From assembly GCA_964409685.1 (NCBI GenBank), contig CAYPEJ010000014.1, positions 16,444 to 80,443 on the forward strand: DNA of 64,000 nt, written 5' to 3'. Position 1 is the stretch's first letter. Every line of letters begins with the position of its first letter. This DNA is from an uncultured Anaeromicropila sp. (GTDB lineage: Bacteria; Bacillota; Clostridia; Lachnospirales; Lachnospiraceae). A program made the translations under genes and the position numbers. A model generated the notes under the pieces. It did no database searches and had not been told where the DNA came from. It was given only the letters and a program-made list of their open reading frames with translations. This document shows, one piece after another, positions 61,574 to 64,000 of this stretch.

Positions 61574-62662
61574 ATGAAAGAGGAAAAGGCAGAAAGAGAG
61601 AAAAAAAAGAAGGAAGAAATTGAGAAGTCTTCAAAGCAGATTAGTGAAAAAAAGCAGGATATTAAGTATGACACTAGGGATTATGTGGTTAAATTTATGA
61701 AACAACAGTATGAATCAGGTGAATTCTATATACCACTTGATTATCAAAGAAAGTTTATTTGGGGGGAAAAGGAAAAGTGTAATTTTATAGAATCTGTTTT
61801 AATGGGTTTGCCAGTACCATTTATGTTTTTTGCAGATACAAACGATGGAAGAATTGAGATTGTTGATGGAGCTCAGAGAACTCAGACATTAGTGGAATTT
61901 GCCCAGAATGATTTAGTTTTAAATAATTTAAGAATTTTAACAGAATCAAATGGATTTTGCTTTCAAGACTTAGATCCAGCTGTACAGAGGAGATTTTTAA
62001 ATACGAATATTAGAGTTGTTTTTCTTGAGGAAGGAACAACACAAGCAGTACGGCAAGAAATTTTTAGAAGAATTAATACTGGAGGAATACATGCAAAAGC
62101 AAGTGAAGTAAGGCGAGGAGCTTTAGATGGTAAATTCAAAAGATTCTTAGAAGAATGTGTAAAAAATGAAAAGTTCAATAAATTAGCACCGAGGACAGAG
62201 CAAGCCGAAAACAGATTTGAAGGATTAGAATTAGTTTCAAGATTTTTCACATATACGCATAATTATGAAAATGGTTTTAAAACATATGCAGGAAACGTAG
62301 CAAAATACATTGATGAATATATTGAAGAACAAAATTCTTTATGGGAAAAAGATGACAAGATACAAGATAAATATAAAAAAGAATTTGAAGATATGCTTTT
62401 TTTTGCTGAAAATAATTTAGGAAGCAGAGGATTTAAGAAAACTGAGAAGTCAAAATCAACACCAAGAGCTCGTTTTGAAGCATTATCAATCGGAATTGCA
62501 TTAGCATTACAGGAAAATCCTGACTTATCGGTCAAAAATGTTAATTGGATGGATAGCGATGAGTTTTCTCAAATTACTCGTTCTGATGCAGCAAACAATA
62601 AAAGTAAACTTATTGGAAGAATTGAATTTGTCAGAAACAAATTACTTGAGGAGGAAAGATGA
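61574..62662 (+). CDS. DUF262 (ParB-like/GmrS) protein
   Basis: YQRKFIW, IESVLMGLPVP, VDGAQR, FRRINTGG. Confidence 0.9.
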   Translation: MKEEKAEREKKKKEEIEKSSKQISEKKQDIKYDTRDYVVKFMKQQYESGEFYIPLDYQRKFIWGEKEKCNFIESVLMGLPVPFMFFADTNDGRIEIVDGAQRTQTLVEFAQNDLVLNNLRILTESNGFCFQDLDPAVQRRFLNTNIRVVFLEEGTTQAVRQEIFRRINTGGIHAKASEVRRGALDGKFKRFLEECVKNEKFNKLAPRTEQAENRFEGLELVSRFFTYTHNYENGFKTYAGNVAKYIDEYIEEQNSLWEKDDKIQDKYKKEFEDMLFFAENNLGSRGFKKTEKSKSTPRARFEALSIGIALALQENPDLSVKNVNWMDSDEFSQITRSDAANNKSKLIGRIEFVRNKLLEEER

Positions 62663-63423
62663 TTACTTTAGAGACAACATTTCAACAAAGGAAAAAGGAA
62701 ATTGAAGACTTTATTGGGTTAATGTTTTTTCTGGAACGAAAAAGAAACATTATAGTTGATGATGTGAATGAATTTGACAAATTTTTTTATAGTGAAATGA
62801 ATGAGGAAGATGATTTAGAGGAAGAAGCACCGGTATTACGAATGAATATGTCTTATCAAGATTTAATCAATATCTTAAAATCAAATGTGTCTTTGATGAT
62901 TTATAATATTATTGAATATACTGTTACAAATTTAATTGAATGTATTTATGATCAAATTAGAGGAAATCATTTAGATTATCTTCATGTTAGTGAATCACTG
63001 AGGATGATATGGAGAAAAACAGTTTTAAAATCTATTCAAGATCCGAATGCAAATCAGAATACTTTTTTGAAAAAAAATGAGGAGATTATAAATGCAATTA
63101 TTAATAAGACAGAATTAGATATTCATGCACGCAATTCTATGCCAGCTGGAAATTTAGATGGTATTTCTATTAAAGAAACAATGGAATCACACGGTGTACA
63201 TATAAGAACAAATAGTATAAATTATCGTCCGGATATTTTAGAGCGAATAAAAGAAAAAAGAAATAATCTTGCACATGGAACAGTATCCTTCATAGAGGCT
63301 GTTCGAGAAAATACAATAAATGAGATATATGAGAATGAAAGATATGTGGTTGCTTTCTTAGAAGAATTGATTGAATCAGTTAAAAACTATTTGGATGAAG
63401 AAAAATATAAAGTTATGATTTAA
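62659..63423 (+). CDS. MAE_28990-like HEPN nuclease
   Basis: LMIYNIIE, GNLD, KRNNLAHG; ATGA overlap with the DUF262 gene. Confidence 0.8.
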   Translation: MITLETTFQQRKKEIEDFIGLMFFLERKRNIIVDDVNEFDKFFYSEMNEEDDLEEEAPVLRMNMSYQDLINILKSNVSLMIYNIIEYTVTNLIECIYDQIRGNHLDYLHVSESLRMIWRKTVLKSIQDPNANQNTFLKKNEEIINAIINKTELDIHARNSMPAGNLDGISIKETMESHGVHIRTNSINYRPDILERIKEKRNNLAHGTVSFIEAVRENTINEIYENERYVVAFLEELIESVKNYLDEEKYKVMI

Positions 63424-63502
63424 GAAAAAAAGTAAGAGGGAGATTCTCGTTTAAAGAACTTCCCTCTTGCCTTTTGAGGATGGTAATTTCTTATTGTTTT
63501 AT

Positions 63503-64000
63503 TTATGCAAACTGACTTCCACTTCCATAGCCATAAGGTGTCGTGTTGTTGTATGGCATGTTATAAGAGTCAGATGGCATCTGTTGATTGTAGGAACCAT
63601 TGCCTTCTGTTGCATTATCTGTGGCATTGTCAGTTGTTGCACTAGAAGATACTCCTAAAGTAACTTGAATTTCCTTTTCTTCATAACCAGCATTCCCTTG
63701 TGATTGAACCGTTACTGTTACCGTTTCGCCAGCTTTATAATAAGATAATAAACTTTGTAACTCGCTAGAAGAAGAAACACTTTTGTTATCAAATTTTATG
63801 ATTACATCACTTTTTTTAATACCAGCATTTGCAGCAGCGCCATTATCTTCTACATCGTACACATAAACACCAGTAGGTATTCCATAAGTAGAAGATACAT
63901 CAGAAGTTACATCAGTACCACTAATACCTAGGTAACCTTTTTCTTGGTTTGAATAAATCTCAGTACGAACCGTTTCGTTCATCATTTCTTCTAGCATATC
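63503..64000 (-). CDS. HtrA/DegP-like protease, C-terminal PDZ part (5' end outside window)
   Basis: GYLGISG, GVYV..V....AANAGIKKSDVI. Confidence 0.8.
   Translation of the reverse strand, partial: DMLEEMMNETVRTEIYSNQEKGYLGISGTDVTSDVSSTYGIPTGVYVYDVEDNGAAANAGIKKSDVIIKFDNKSVSSSSELQSLLSYYKAGETVTVTVQSQGNAGYEEKEIQVTLGVSSSATTDNATDNATEGNGSYNQQMPSDSYNMPYNNTTPYGYGSGSQFA

Overview
AT-rich window from a low-GC Firmicute (gene content suggests Lachnospiraceae/Clostridia; inferred). 1-9 kb: sulfur-linked cluster in which two cysteine-synthase paralogues are interleaved with nitrogenase-like genes (NifB-like radical SAM, two NifX-like, NifH-like, D/K-like subunits resembling methylthio-alkane reductase MarDK), a non-canonical tRNA-Cys-like cloverleaf, nadA and an Rrf2 regulator. 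9-16 kb: AraC-associated amine/imino-acid catabolic cluster. 17-36.5 kb: decayed multi-layer mobile/defence island with integrase tails, an rlmD-type att remnant, a split double-HEPN gene, two C5 methyltransferases plus two HhaI-like endonuclease paralogues, IS91-family remnants, a c-di-GMP-I riboswitch-led four-gene operon, a nuclease/tyrosine-recombinase-fold fusion, and a 1.17-kb direct repeat at an LMW-PTP gene. 36.5-64 kb: housekeeping and carbohydrate genes interspersed with three RNA-antitoxin-type modules (Abi_2/AbiF plus downstream sRNA, type I TA, type III ToxIN) and an MTase-DUF262-HEPN operon. All family calls come from motif recognition and recalled sequences; no database search was run.
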